Positions 18,760 through 27,835 of a DNA stretch of 64,000 bases are shown one piece after another. Made by a program: the position numbers and the translations under genes. A model generated the notes under the pieces. It did no database searches and was not told the DNA's origin. It worked only from the letters and a program-made list of their open reading frames with translations. Position 1 is the stretch's first letter. Each line of letters opens with the position of its first letter. The stretch is from a virus: positions 54,197 through 118,196 of the IMG/VR virus record IMGVR_UViG_3300028388_003280. One strand, 5' to 3'.

Positions 18760-19394
18760 CCGACTATCACCAGATGCACAGGAACTGGCGAGCACACCTC
18801 GTCGAAGCCTCGAGCTGCCCCATCAAGACCAAGCTATACGGCGGTCTTCCAGGTGGCGGTGGATACGGCTCGGGCACAGAGTATGAAGTTGGTGCACAGC
18901 AGATGGCCGAAGCGGTTCACTGCATCCTCGGTTCAATTGGTAAGGCCGAAGGCGGTAATGACTACCGCATCGAACGCGGACACATCGAAGAAGAGCTCGG
19001 AATTGTGATGCATGTCCTGAATGAGTATAGCAAGGATCTGTACACAGACAGGATCTGGACAAGCGAAGAACAGCTCCGCGCTGCCAAATATAAGGAAGAA
19101 TGGATTGATAGACTGCTGGGCTATGCACAGAAGTCCGTTAACAGCATCCGCGCCAACTCGCCTGTCCTCGAGCGGACAGCTCGCGCCATGAAGTCGGCTG
19201 TTTCAAAAGACTACGATCCAGTCGTTCAACAGTTGATCGAAGACTGTTATGATGTAGTCATCGTGTTGGCTCAGGAAATGGGCAAGTCCGTAAGTGGTTG
19301 GCCAGATCGCCCAGTTGACAATGCATTCAAGAAGTCCACGCTCCGCAGAGCAGTGGCGAACCTACAACGATCAGTGAAGGAGCTGTACCGATGA
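18756..19394 (+). CDS. Putative head-packaged protein
   Basis: MTDYHQMHRNWRAHLVEA leader. Confidence 0.62.
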   Translation: MTDYHQMHRNWRAHLVEASSCPIKTKLYGGLPGGGGYGSGTEYEVGAQQMAEAVHCILGSIGKAEGGNDYRIERGHIEEELGIVMHVLNEYSKDLYTDRIWTSEEQLRAAKYKEEWIDRLLGYAQKSVNSIRANSPVLERTARAMKSAVSKDYDPVVQQLIEDCYDVVIVLAQEMGKSVSGWPDRPVDNAFKKSTLRRAVANLQRSVKELYR

Positions 19395-19645
19395 GCCAGC
19401 GTGATGATATTCGCAGGGCATTGCAAGAAGCAGGAGACACACAGAAGATGGTAACTGAGGGAGCAAAGGTCAGCCTCCAATTTTGGATTGTGTATCACAC
19501 GGGGAAGTATGAAGCAGGGCAGCCTCTCGTCAAGCCTTTCGTTGTTGACGTATACACAGACGAGAGCAGAGCACGAGCAGCAGCCAACAAGCAACGCGAG
19601 CTCGGATATCAAAAAGTGGACCTGTGGGTGCCTAAAATCTATTGA
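19391..19645 (+). CDS. Putative head-packaged protein
   Basis: ALQEA and VTEG sites. Confidence 0.55.
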   Translation: MSQRDDIRRALQEAGDTQKMVTEGAKVSLQFWIVYHTGKYEAGQPLVKPFVVDVYTDESRARAAANKQRELGYQKVDLWVPKIY

Positions 19646-19703
19646 TAATGCTCGTCAATTGAATAGCGATTCATTTCAGGATCCATGCCAAAAACACTAA
19701 ATC

Positions 19704-19741
19704 AGGGCCCCCAAAATAAAAAAAGTTTGGGGGCTCTTTTT
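19704..19741 (+). terminator. Rho-independent terminator
   Basis: AGGGCCCCCAAA / TTTGGGGGCTCT stem followed by T-run, end of late operon. Confidence 0.7.
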
Positions 19742-19743
19742 CG

Positions 19744-19772
19744 TATGCAAGACGAGCAGGGGCTGGTATAGT
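19744..19772 (+). promoter_or_regulatory. Early-class promoter
   Basis: TATGCA-N17-TATAGT, CTGG. Confidence 0.7.
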
Positions 19773-19798
19773 TAGTCTGTACTTGAGAGGAGGCTGAC

Positions 19799-19960
19799 AT
19801 GACCACGACCCTGACGAGCCGCGATTACACAATCCGCGCGGTGTGCGGCAGCTCGCCGACCATCTACATCGTGTGCTGGAAAGAAGAGCCGATCGCTCGC
19901 ACAGACGACATCACCGACGCCTACATGGCGATGCGTGACCATCAACGAGCGAACTCGTGA
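19799..19960 (+). CDS. Hypothetical early protein (53 aa, not in ORF track)
   Basis: AGGAGG RBS; MTTTLTSRDYTIRAVCG... Confidence 0.65.
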   Translation: MTTTLTSRDYTIRAVCGSSPTIYIVCWKEEPIARTDDITDAYMAMRDHQRANS

Positions 19961-20034
19961 CGTACAGGGGGCCTTGTGCCCCCTCCGATGAGGGCCGATC
20001 GGAATAGTGTACAACCTTAGACCAGAGGTGTATT

Positions 20035-20289
20035 ATGACGCAGGAATTCATCACGACGACGACTCGTGACACTGTGCTGCTGCACATCAACGACGTGGCT
20101 GACGCTGATATCTCGTCCCTCGCGAAGACTAAGGCCTACGAGTGGGTCAAGAGCAAGGCGTGGGACATGGACATCGCAGAGTGGATGGACGAGGGTCACG
20201 AGTTCAACGTCATCGCGCAGTGCATCTGTGAGATCATCCACGACGGTATCGTGGACGGCACCTACAACGCGGAGGACCTCGCGCAGTGA
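20035..20289 (+). CDS. Hypothetical early protein
   Basis: GAGGTG RBS. Confidence 0.65.
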   Translation: MTQEFITTTTRDTVLLHINDVADADISSLAKTKAYEWVKSKAWDMDIAEWMDEGHEFNVIAQCICEIIHDGIVDGTYNAEDLAQ

Positions 20290-20501
20290 GACCTAAGGGA
20301 ACAACCTACGCCGCGCTGCATGCACGGCTTGAAGATCTTGACCAATCTCGGATTCTGTTGTCTGACAGAATCAAGCACAACGAGTATCGTGATGCTGAAG
20401 AGCTCCTGTACAATCTGGAGACTCTTGCACGGATCAACGATTCAATCCATGCCGTGTCGCAGATGTTGCGATACTTCATCCGGGGAGAAGGAAATGAGTA
20501 A
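20286..20501 (+). CDS. Hypothetical protein
   Basis: GTGA-coupled. Confidence 0.6.
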   Translation: MRPKGTTYAALHARLEDLDQSRILLSDRIKHNEYRDAEELLYNLETLARINDSIHAVSQMLRYFIRGEGNE

Positions 20502-20682
20502 GCCCACTGTGAAGCTGGTTGGACGCGACGGAAACGCCTTCGTGATTCTTGGCGCGTGCCAGCGTGCTGCGCGAAAGGCTGGATGGGGCGAGGACCAGAT
20601 CAAGTCTGTGATGAACGAGATGACGAGTGGCGACTACAACAACCTGCTCGCCACCGCAATGAAGCATTTTGACGTGAGGTGA
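20494..20682 (+). CDS. Conserved small phage protein (DGNAF...SGDY family)
   Basis: VKLVGRDGNAFVILG...MTSGDYNNLL. Confidence 0.7.
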   Translation: MSKPTVKLVGRDGNAFVILGACQRAARKAGWGEDQIKSVMNEMTSGDYNNLLATAMKHFDVR

Positions 20683-20685
20683 GAC

Positions 20686-20907
20686 ATGAGTACCAGCGTG
20701 TGGGTCGTCTTTGCACGACATGAGGGGCTCTACTACGATCTGGAGCCGATCCGGATGTTCACGAATCAGAAGGCTGCGCAAGACTGGATCAACATCCAGC
20801 GTGTGAAGCGGCAAATGGATCCGGACTACGGCTATCCCGTGTACGAGCTTGAAGAGTGGGCAGTTTATGACCGCGCAGTGGAAGAGGTGAACCATGAGAG
20901 CCAGTGA
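20686..20907 (+). CDS. Small early protein, DUF7336-like
   Basis: VWVVF...MFTNQKAAQ...YELEEWAV pattern shared with 34936 and 35103. Confidence 0.55.
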   Translation: MSTSVWVVFARHEGLYYDLEPIRMFTNQKAAQDWINIQRVKRQMDPDYGYPVYELEEWAVYDRAVEEVNHESQ

Positions 20908-21100
20908 GTGCTGTGGCGGCCCTGTGCGCTACAACAAGTATCTTGACGCCATGATGTGTGGTGTCTGCGGTGACGAGGACCCCATCGCGAGCGATCGCAT
21001 GTTCCGTGACCGTGAGAGCCGCAGAGCTCGTGACCGCATGCGGAACGCAGACATGCCGGGCTATGACAGCTACGGCTACCCCCTTGCAGATAGGGACTAA
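20894..21100 (+). CDS. Small Cys-rich protein
   Basis: SECCG...CGVCG. Confidence 0.6.
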   Translation: MRASECCGGPVRYNKYLDAMMCGVCGDEDPIASDRMFRDRESRRARDRMRNADMPGYDSYGYPLADRD

Positions 21101-21101
21101 T

Positions 21102-21350
21102 ATGAGCACGATTCGCAAGAACGCCTATCTCGGATTGGCTACGACCGATCACGCCCTGCTTCAGATTGATGAGGCGTACAAGAAGGGCAACGACGTCTTC
21201 ATTCTCAGGGAAGGCCAGTGGTTGACCTACGAGGACCGCGACTGGGACGACGGAGTTCTGCGGTTCTGGCTGACCGACAGAAGCGGCACGGAGTATTTCC
21301 TGCGGCCGCAGGAGCTGGAGTGTGCAGAGTGGTACGAGGAGGTGGACTGA
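21102..21350 (+). CDS. Hypothetical protein
   Basis: Operon position, RBS. Confidence 0.6.
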   Translation: MSTIRKNAYLGLATTDHALLQIDEAYKKGNDVFILREGQWLTYEDRDWDDGVLRFWLTDRSGTEYFLRPQELECAEWYEEVD

Positions 21351-21457
21351 TGCAAGTCAAATGCTACGAATGTGATACCGAATTCCAGTTGACCAGCATG
21401 TTCCCCAGCTGCCCCGAGTGTGGCAGTGAAGACATCGACCTGCCTGAGGAGGACTGA
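21350..21457 (+). CDS. Zinc-ribbon miniprotein
   Basis: CYECD...CPECGS; TGATG coupling. Confidence 0.6.
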   Translation: MQVKCYECDTEFQLTSMFPSCPECGSEDIDLPEED

Positions 21458-21834
21458 TGTTTCACTACGGATCCCGCGTCAAGTACGCAGCAGACTACGA
21501 AGATCCACAGGCGCCAGTCGGGCGCGTGTTCGCCATGCTTGAAGGTGTGGTGCATGTAGATTTCCCACCCGTGGGCGACATGTACGAAGCACACTTTGGA
21601 TGGGAGCACGATCAAGGCGAGCCCGAGATGTTCGTGCACGCCTACACAGGCGAGCCACTCGGAGAGTTCCAGCTTCTTAGTGAACACCTCATTGAGAGCT
21701 TCAGAGCCAACCTGCTCGATGGTGATAGTGAAGTAGACGCAGGCGCCAGCATGATCCGCGCAGATGCAGTGATTGAATGGCTCCGTGAGGAAGTCAACCA
21801 TCTCGAGGTTCCACAGGGAGAAGACGATGAGTAG
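21457..21834 (+). CDS. Hypothetical protein
   Basis: Coupled, GAGGAGG RBS. Confidence 0.6.
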   Translation: MFHYGSRVKYAADYEDPQAPVGRVFAMLEGVVHVDFPPVGDMYEAHFGWEHDQGEPEMFVHAYTGEPLGEFQLLSEHLIESFRANLLDGDSEVDAGASMIRADAVIEWLREEVNHLEVPQGEDDE

Positions 21835-22024
21835 AGGATACCTTGAAGGATATTCGACGTACGAGTACCGCCAGGCTCGTAGTGCAGAGAATCACTGGTG
21901 GAAGCAGGCAAACAGTTACGAGAAGAAGTGGAAGCATCTGCGCAAGCACTTCCGTGACATGGTAAAGAACGGCGCGATCGAGGTTGACGATGAGACCGCC
22001 AAGCTGATTGGACTACGAAGATGA
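21827..22024 (+). CDS. Hypothetical protein
   Basis: Overlapping operon gene. Confidence 0.55.
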   Translation: MSRGYLEGYSTYEYRQARSAENHWWKQANSYEKKWKHLRKHFRDMVKNGAIEVDDETAKLIGLRR

Positions 22025-22512
22025 ACATCAAGAAGATTGCCTGGATCACAGCTGTGCTTGTATTTTCAGCGATTGCCACCTCAGCATATGCAGGTGGCAG
22101 CTACAAGGGGAAAGCTGATGAGCTTTACGCGATCGCACGCTCGACGCCTGAGGCCTTTCAACAGCGGCCTGGTGCGAGTGTGGATCAACTCAGTGGCGGG
22201 TTCATTGGCAGATTTACACGTGAGCATTTCCTGTATGTGCTGTTCTGGGACACGCCCAGCGCCTCGATCGCACAAGAGCTCCGTGAGTACGTCTTGCCCC
22301 TTGATGGCAACGCAGCACGCAATCTGATCGCCGACTGTAGATCTGAGTTGGGCAGTCCAGACCAGGTTTTTGAATTGAAGCGCGGTGAGACTGTCAATAC
22401 GCATGTGTGGAAGATTGACAATAGATACTTTGCCATCGGCGCGTATCAAGATGTCCTGTTCTTCGCCAGCTTCGACATGCTCGGTTTGAGCATTTACTCC
22501 AAACTCAAGTGA
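22021..22512 (+). CDS. Secreted hypothetical protein
   Basis: Sec signal peptide ending SAYA. Confidence 0.65.
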   Translation: MNIKKIAWITAVLVFSAIATSAYAGGSYKGKADELYAIARSTPEAFQQRPGASVDQLSGGFIGRFTREHFLYVLFWDTPSASIAQELREYVLPLDGNAARNLIADCRSELGSPDQVFELKRGETVNTHVWKIDNRYFAIGAYQDVLFFASFDMLGLSIYSKLK

Positions 22513-22515
22513 GGG

Positions 22516-22779
22516 ATGACCATGATTCAGGTAAAGTTTGAAGTCGTCAAGGAGGACCTGCTGTTTGAGGATGTCCGCGATGCCCTCAAGGCAGGTAAGC
22601 GAGTCACCGTGCTTTCGTCTGATTGGCAGACGGGCCTCTTGCAAGAGGAGGATGTCTTGGATGTGGATGAAGAGTACGGAACGATCTGGGTGTGGGATGG
22701 TGACAGCGAAGCGTCTGCTGTCGAGCTCAGCCCACATGCTGAAATGCTGGTCGAGATCCACGAGGAGGTCCCTGCATGA
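22516..22779 (+). CDS. Hypothetical acidic protein
   Basis: Operon position. Confidence 0.6.
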   Translation: MTMIQVKFEVVKEDLLFEDVRDALKAGKRVTVLSSDWQTGLLQEEDVLDVDEEYGTIWVWDGDSEASAVELSPHAEMLVEIHEEVPA

Positions 22780-22991
22780 CTGGAGGACCTAAAGTACGTT
22801 GCAACGTGTGCGGCGTCGTGATACAATCCCTACATCGTCATGACTTCCAGGTCTGCGACTGCGATCCTACGCCTGACGGCACCGGCTCACAGATCTTCGT
22901 GGATGGTGGAGATGACTACTTCCGTATGGGCTTCTGCAAAGACGCAGACTACACCGTGCTAGACGAGGAGAACGAAGATGCACGTGACTAA
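22776..22991 (+). CDS. Zn-binding small phage protein (CxxC...HRHDF..CxC...VDGG)
   Basis: VRCNVCG..IQSLHRHDFQVCDC...IFVDGGDDY. Confidence 0.7.
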   Translation: MTGGPKVRCNVCGVVIQSLHRHDFQVCDCDPTPDGTGSQIFVDGGDDYFRMGFCKDADYTVLDEENEDARD

Positions 22992-23223
22992 GGGACCCGG
23001 ATCTCGCAACTCTGATGAGATCAAGCTGTACGACGACGCCGATCGTTTCTTCAGGGCTCGAGCTCGCCAGTATCGGCGACACATCGAGCATCGTGAGAAG
23101 CTGATCCGCGGTGGAGAAATTACAGCGTGGGAAGCAAAGAGGATGCGTAACGAGAACGAAGCGGACGAGGCTAGTGCCAAGTACTGGGATGCGAAAGCTG
23201 AGTCCTACGAGCCGAGGTTTTAA
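22978..23223 (+). CDS. Hypothetical protein
   Basis: GAGGAG RBS. Confidence 0.55.
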   Translation: MHVTKGPGSRNSDEIKLYDDADRFFRARARQYRRHIEHREKLIRGGEITAWEAKRMRNENEADEASAKYWDAKAESYEPRF

Positions 23224-23225
23224 CC

Positions 23226-23402
23226 ATGGATGCAATCCACGGCGTTCTCATACTGGCTACGCTTGCCACAACCCTTAATTGGATGTTCGCCCTCATCAGA
23301 CTAGACAAACATGAACCCATCAAGGACTGGGAAAAGACAGCACCAGTTGGGATCCTGATTCTCATTGCTGTCATCGCATTCTATGGAGTGTTGAACCCAT
23401 GA
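23226..23402 (+). CDS. Small two-TM membrane protein (58 aa, not in ORF track)
   Basis: MDAIHGVLILATLATTLNWMFALIR...; ATGA overlap with next gene. Confidence 0.6.
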   Translation: MDAIHGVLILATLATTLNWMFALIRLDKHEPIKDWEKTAPVGILILIAVIAFYGVLNP

Positions 23403-23614
23403 AGTTCACGTTTGCGCACGACCAGGCTCTTGTTGAAAGAGCTTGGCACGACTACCTAGACACGCTACAGGAAGACGAGTTCACGACGCCAGAGGTCATC
23501 CGTCGCGATCGCGAAAGTGCCCTGTACACGATCCGCAAGGTCGTCAACCACCAGAAGTGGCTCGACGGCAAGATCACCACAGCCACATACACGAGGGGTT
23601 CACGCAATGTTTGA
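23399..23614 (+). CDS. Hypothetical protein
   Basis: Coupled. Confidence 0.55.
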   Translation: MKFTFAHDQALVERAWHDYLDTLQEDEFTTPEVIRRDRESALYTIRKVVNHQKWLDGKITTATYTRGSRNV

Positions 23615-23837
23615 GACCTACCCAGATTGGAAGTGGTGGTTCAAGACCACCGATTTCATCCGCAACACGACGTGGTACACGTGCAGGTTCTGCATGACCA
23701 CGGGTGCAAACAGCACCGCCAACATTCGGCATCATGAACACTGCAATCGTCCTGACATGGGCAACCCGTGTGAGGACATTGCTATGAAGCCGTACGTGCA
23801 CATTGGCCCGTATGGTGAGAACATCATCGACTGCTGA
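23607..23837 (+). CDS. Cys/His-containing hypothetical protein
   Basis: CRFC...HHEHC. Confidence 0.55.
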   Translation: MFETYPDWKWWFKTTDFIRNTTWYTCRFCMTTGANSTANIRHHEHCNRPDMGNPCEDIAMKPYVHIGPYGENIIDC

Positions 23838-23861
23838 TAACTTCAACGAAGGAATGAACAT

Positions 23862-24098
23862 ATGAAGGTTTTGGGTGATGTACTACTGGGCATGCTTGCT
23901 GCTCTTTTCTTGACTGCAGGGGCTGCCTTCGTGCTATTTATCTTCGTCCTTGGTCCACTTGCTGGGCTGTGGGCTCTGAATACGCTGTTCGGCCTAGGCA
24001 TCGCGTACACGTGGAAGACATGGCTGGCTGCGTTCGTTTTGATCGTGCTCGTCAAGAGCCGCACCAAGGTTACTACAGAGAAAGCAGAGAAGTCTTGA
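23862..24098 (+). CDS. Small membrane protein
   Basis: Two to three hydrophobic segments; WALNTLF. Confidence 0.65.
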   Translation: MKVLGDVLLGMLAALFLTAGAAFVLFIFVLGPLAGLWALNTLFGLGIAYTWKTWLAAFVLIVLVKSRTKVTTEKAEKS

Positions 24099-24349
24099 CC
24101 AACGCAGAAGCACACGTTGACCGTCTCCTCCGCGAGTTCTACACTCGCATGAATCCCCAGGTCCAGTCGGACCAGGTGCCTCAGGCATGGATCGATGCCA
24201 ACCGTGAATGGGCAGCCGATCACCTGAATGAAGCTCACGAAGCAGGCGTGAACATTGGACTCTGCTATGCCTGCAAAAAGAACAGAGTCCCAGGGTCGTA
24301 CTCGCCGTATGACCTCGCCGCGCATGGTAGGTACCGTTCGGGGCGATGA
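24095..24349 (+). CDS. Hypothetical protein
   Basis: TTGA-coupled start. Confidence 0.5.
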   Translation: MTNAEAHVDRLLREFYTRMNPQVQSDQVPQAWIDANREWAADHLNEAHEAGVNIGLCYACKKNRVPGSYSPYDLAAHGRYRSGR

Positions 24350-24477
24350 ACCAAAAACCAAACTGCAGTCGGTGCTCTACATACATCAAAGCCAAGCTTA
24401 CATGCAAGGACTGCCTAGCTGGTAAGGGACTCCACATCTGGAATCCCTATGTGTATAAGACTAAGGAGAAATCATGA
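24346..24477 (+). CDS. Zinc-finger miniprotein (43 aa, not in ORF track)
   Basis: CSRC...CKDC; ATGA overlaps at both ends. Confidence 0.5.
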   Translation: MNQKPNCSRCSTYIKAKLTCKDCLAGKGLHIWNPYVYKTKEKS

Positions 24478-25907
24478 AGCACCTGTATCTAGTTCTACTA
24501 CTGTTCGTGATCGCATGTGGCGATCGCGATGTGGCACCACTAGGAGTAGCCAACGACCAACCGCTCGCAAGAGCGGTTGTCCAGTATCCGGTGATTGACT
24601 CGGCCGTCGTAAACAAAGACGGAACAATCACCGTCGTAGGCAGCAGTTTCGGCCACAAAGACCAGGCAGCTCCATTGTTGTGGGCCAACTTCGAGGAAGC
24701 CACACCGATGGAGTCGTTCCATCCCCAGCTGTATTGGTTCATCTTCAATACGCCAGAGCCAACACTGGTTCCAGACTCTCGACACGCCAATTCGCAATTT
24801 GCATATAGAGCTGACCTGTCCAGTGGATATGATATGACCGCGGCAATCAATGCCGAAGACTCGGCGGACTGGTTCGTATCATATTGGCTCAAGGTCGATA
24901 GCGATGTGCAGTTTGGCAACGGATACGCATCGACCCGTGAGAACCTATCCAACATCAAGATGGTTAGGTGGCATGGACACACCAGTTCAGCCTATGATCC
25001 AAACGAGCCTTTCCTGGTTCATTCATACTACAGCTTTGACGAAGATCCTGGATCAAGGGTAAGCACAATGTCGACGGCGGCTAGTGGTACCATTTGGAAC
25101 AGATTCAACGTTGACGATTGGGTCAGAGACAGTTGGTCAAACCACTCGTACGAGTTCTCTGCAAACGACATCGGACAAGACAACGGGATCCTCAATCACT
25201 GGTACAGGGATCAGCATGTATTCAACGAGATGAACTACGTCTCGCGGGACACCGCTGTTACTAGACTGATGCACCTTTGGGCTATTGGACCGATGAACTC
25301 ATTTGGATACGATGAGCCATCTGCCACGCCCAACTATTTCTGGATGGACGAGATCTATGTCGACAACACGCTAGCCCGTGTCGAGGTGGCGGCCAGTCCA
25401 GACTATGACACATCGCAGAAGGAGGTTCAGATCCCATTTGCCTGGTCTGATTCTGAGATCCGCGCAACTGTCAATGGTGATTTCGACCTCAAGACCGTCG
25501 ATCTTGACGAAGGCTTGTATGTCCATGTCACATCGCCGTCTGGACATAGAGACACCTATATGCTAGACCGAGCAGGACCTAGTGCTTTGTCAATGCTTGG
25601 GGAGCTATCAACCTTCATTCAGCAAGGCTCAGACGCAACGGGCACAGCACCAGGTGCAGTCGCCTATAGGTTCTACAATACACGCGGCCCAGACAGCACA
25701 TACGTGGATATCATCTTCCATGATGGACTGTTCGTGCCAGACACTTTCAAGTGGTCAGGTCCGACGAGTGGACTCGTGTTGGTTGGAAGCTATACAATCG
25801 TTCACAACAATCTGATTGATTCAGACTGGTTGAGCGAAACTGACTACGTTGCCAGCTACAGAGATGGAGGCGTGGTCAAATACATGACTGTCCGTGAGGT
25901 CCGATAG
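24474..25907 (+). CDS. Lipoprotein with jelly-roll/LamG- or polysaccharide-lyase-like domain
   Basis: MKHLYLVLLLFVIAC lipobox; ITVVGSSFG, WMDEIYVD..ARVEV, QIPFAWSDSEI. Confidence 0.6.
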   Translation: MKHLYLVLLLFVIACGDRDVAPLGVANDQPLARAVVQYPVIDSAVVNKDGTITVVGSSFGHKDQAAPLLWANFEEATPMESFHPQLYWFIFNTPEPTLVPDSRHANSQFAYRADLSSGYDMTAAINAEDSADWFVSYWLKVDSDVQFGNGYASTRENLSNIKMVRWHGHTSSAYDPNEPFLVHSYYSFDEDPGSRVSTMSTAASGTIWNRFNVDDWVRDSWSNHSYEFSANDIGQDNGILNHWYRDQHVFNEMNYVSRDTAVTRLMHLWAIGPMNSFGYDEPSATPNYFWMDEIYVDNTLARVEVAASPDYDTSQKEVQIPFAWSDSEIRATVNGDFDLKTVDLDEGLYVHVTSPSGHRDTYMLDRAGPSALSMLGELSTFIQQGSDATGTAPGAVAYRFYNTRGPDSTYVDIIFHDGLFVPDTFKWSGPTSGLVLVGSYTIVHNNLIDSDWLSETDYVASYRDGGVVKYMTVREVR

Positions 25908-27340
25908 TGTCAAGATCCAAGAAGAACACAGCACTCGTATGGTTCGCCATGGCGCTAGGTGTTGCAATGTTCTTGACGATTGGTGGGTGTGAGCGGGACT
26001 TTGACCCGCTTGCACCTATCGTCTCTGAACAGAAACCGGCTGAGCCATATGACGAAGAGTCAGAGTTCCTCGAGCCGCCCGAAGGTTACATGGAATCACT
26101 CATGCCGCAGCGGTCGATCGGTTCAGTACCGGGCGCACCTACTACGGCACGAGAGATGGTGGAGCAGGCTAGAGATCTAGTCATGTCCGCATGGGATCAA
26201 GAGAATGGATACTTCATCTGCAGCTCAACAGAGCTGACCTCGAGCTTTGGAGACATATGCTGGAACTTCACATATGTCTACTCGTTTGATACGTCTGTGA
26301 ATGCAGGGTTTGTGGCTAGCATTGGTCTCACAAACAATGTCAGGTGGTTTGACGAGCAAACACCGTGTCGACAGGAAAACGGCGCATCCCACGTATCGTG
26401 TGGTAGCATGAACCCACCTGCCCATGACTTCGTTGACGCATACAACCCAGACTGTCCATACGGGCGTGAGTATTGGGAGAACCTGTTCAATATGCTGCTC
26501 AACGAGGTCACCCTGCAAGAGTACTGGAACAGCCAGTCAATGGGATGGAACCAGCTCCGCGTTGGATATGGTGGCTTGACGGCGGATGGGGAATACGTGT
26601 ATGAGTTCGCGTATGATTACCCAATCGACACAGTGCCGTCATTCTATTGTGGCGCACCAGGTCCTCCTCCACCTCCACCACCTCCTCCGAGGCCAGGCAA
26701 GGGTGACCTGTTGCCAGACATCCGTGAAGAGCTCGATCAAGAGACTATTGATCGTGATCGGCTCGACAACCCTCAGGGTGGAAGAGGCGGAGTGTATCCG
26801 CCAGATCTTGGTGGTGTAGAGCCGCCGCCTCCGCCCAGCATCATCATCGTTAGTGATGACTTTGAGACAGGAGACTTCAGTAGCAACTGGGGCGATACGA
26901 GTGCTGGATCCTCGCGAGTATACGTGAGCTCAGAATTCGGAGCCAACACAGGGAGCTTCGCTGCAGTCTTCGATAGGGACACGGCTGGTACGACCATCCT
27001 TTCCTACAAAGACCTCAACGCTGATCTGAGCACACACGACGATGTCTACATTAGCTTCTGGGCCCGTACGAACTCAAGCAATGGAAACCAAGCCATCTAT
27101 TTCAAGGATGGTGACGGTGACTTCTCCTACGCGTATGAGCTCAGTACTGCGACCCTAGGAACCAATACGTGGACATTCGTGAGCCTAGACGTGGATGCTA
27201 TCGTGGCTACTATGCCTAGCATCCAAATGGATGCAGGGTTTGAATTTGGCTTCCATGGACAGCCGAATGACCAGTTCCCTGCGAGCGGCCTGATGATCGA
27301 TGATGTTACTGTTGGCACAGGTCCTCCACCAACCCAGTAA
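25907..27340 (+). CDS. Lipoprotein with poly-Pro linkers and C-terminal MAM/ConA-like domain
   Basis: LTIGGC lipobox; P9 and P6 tracts; SDDFETGDFS...ISFWAR...GLMIDDVTV. Confidence 0.6.
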   Translation: MSRSKKNTALVWFAMALGVAMFLTIGGCERDFDPLAPIVSEQKPAEPYDEESEFLEPPEGYMESLMPQRSIGSVPGAPTTAREMVEQARDLVMSAWDQENGYFICSSTELTSSFGDICWNFTYVYSFDTSVNAGFVASIGLTNNVRWFDEQTPCRQENGASHVSCGSMNPPAHDFVDAYNPDCPYGREYWENLFNMLLNEVTLQEYWNSQSMGWNQLRVGYGGLTADGEYVYEFAYDYPIDTVPSFYCGAPGPPPPPPPPPRPGKGDLLPDIREELDQETIDRDRLDNPQGGRGGVYPPDLGGVEPPPPPSIIIVSDDFETGDFSSNWGDTSAGSSRVYVSSEFGANTGSFAAVFDRDTAGTTILSYKDLNADLSTHDDVYISFWARTNSSNGNQAIYFKDGDGDFSYAYELSTATLGTNTWTFVSLDVDAIVATMPSIQMDAGFEFGFHGQPNDQFPASGLMIDDVTVGTGPPPTQ

Positions 27341-27351
27341 CTCATGTATGG

Positions 27352-27380
27352 TGTGCATGGCGGCCTGATGCTGGTATGAT
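27352..27380 (+). promoter_or_regulatory. Early-class promoter
   Basis: TGTGCA-N17-TATGAT, CTGG. Confidence 0.72.
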
Positions 27381-27406
27381 CTAATCACCCTAGCAGAAAG
27401 GCTGCC

Positions 27407-27835
27407 ATGCAGACCTTCCTTCCCTACCCTGACTTCCGCGAGTCCGCACAGGTCCTTGACTACCGACGTCTTGGAAAGCAACGTGTCGAAGCCATGCAGA
27501 TCCTGAAGGCTCTGCGCGGTGAGACCAAAGGTTGGGTCAACCATCCAGCTACCAAGATGTGGTGCGGATATGAGGACGCCCTTGGCCTCTACATGAATGT
27601 GATGATCCGTGAATGGATCTCTCGCGGATACAACAACACCATGGAGCTCTATGACTTCGGAGATCGCCTCGGTGAGCTTATCGACCTGCCACCTTGGTTC
27701 GGAGATCCAGAAGTTCATGCATCCCACAGAGCCAACCTCCTACGCAAGGATCCTGAATACTATGGAGCGTTCAACTGGACTGAAGACCCCAGCCTACCTT
27801 ATGTTTGGCCCAGCGGAGTGGGTTCCGCCGCGTGA
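27407..27835 (+). CDS. Pyrimidine-dimer DNA glycosylase-like (MSMEG_6728 family)
   Basis: MQTFLPY..F..SA..LD.RRLGKQRVEA.QI, HPATKMW, HASHRANLLRKDP, LPYVWP. Confidence 0.85.
   Translation: MQTFLPYPDFRESAQVLDYRRLGKQRVEAMQILKALRGETKGWVNHPATKMWCGYEDALGLYMNVMIREWISRGYNNTMELYDFGDRLGELIDLPPWFGDPEVHASHRANLLRKDPEYYGAFNWTEDPSLPYVWPSGVGSAA

Noticed and set aside
19984-20005. Hammerhead ribozyme (CCGATGAG...GGAA)
   Set aside because: Core CUGAUGA/GAAA and cleavage triplet are not properly present
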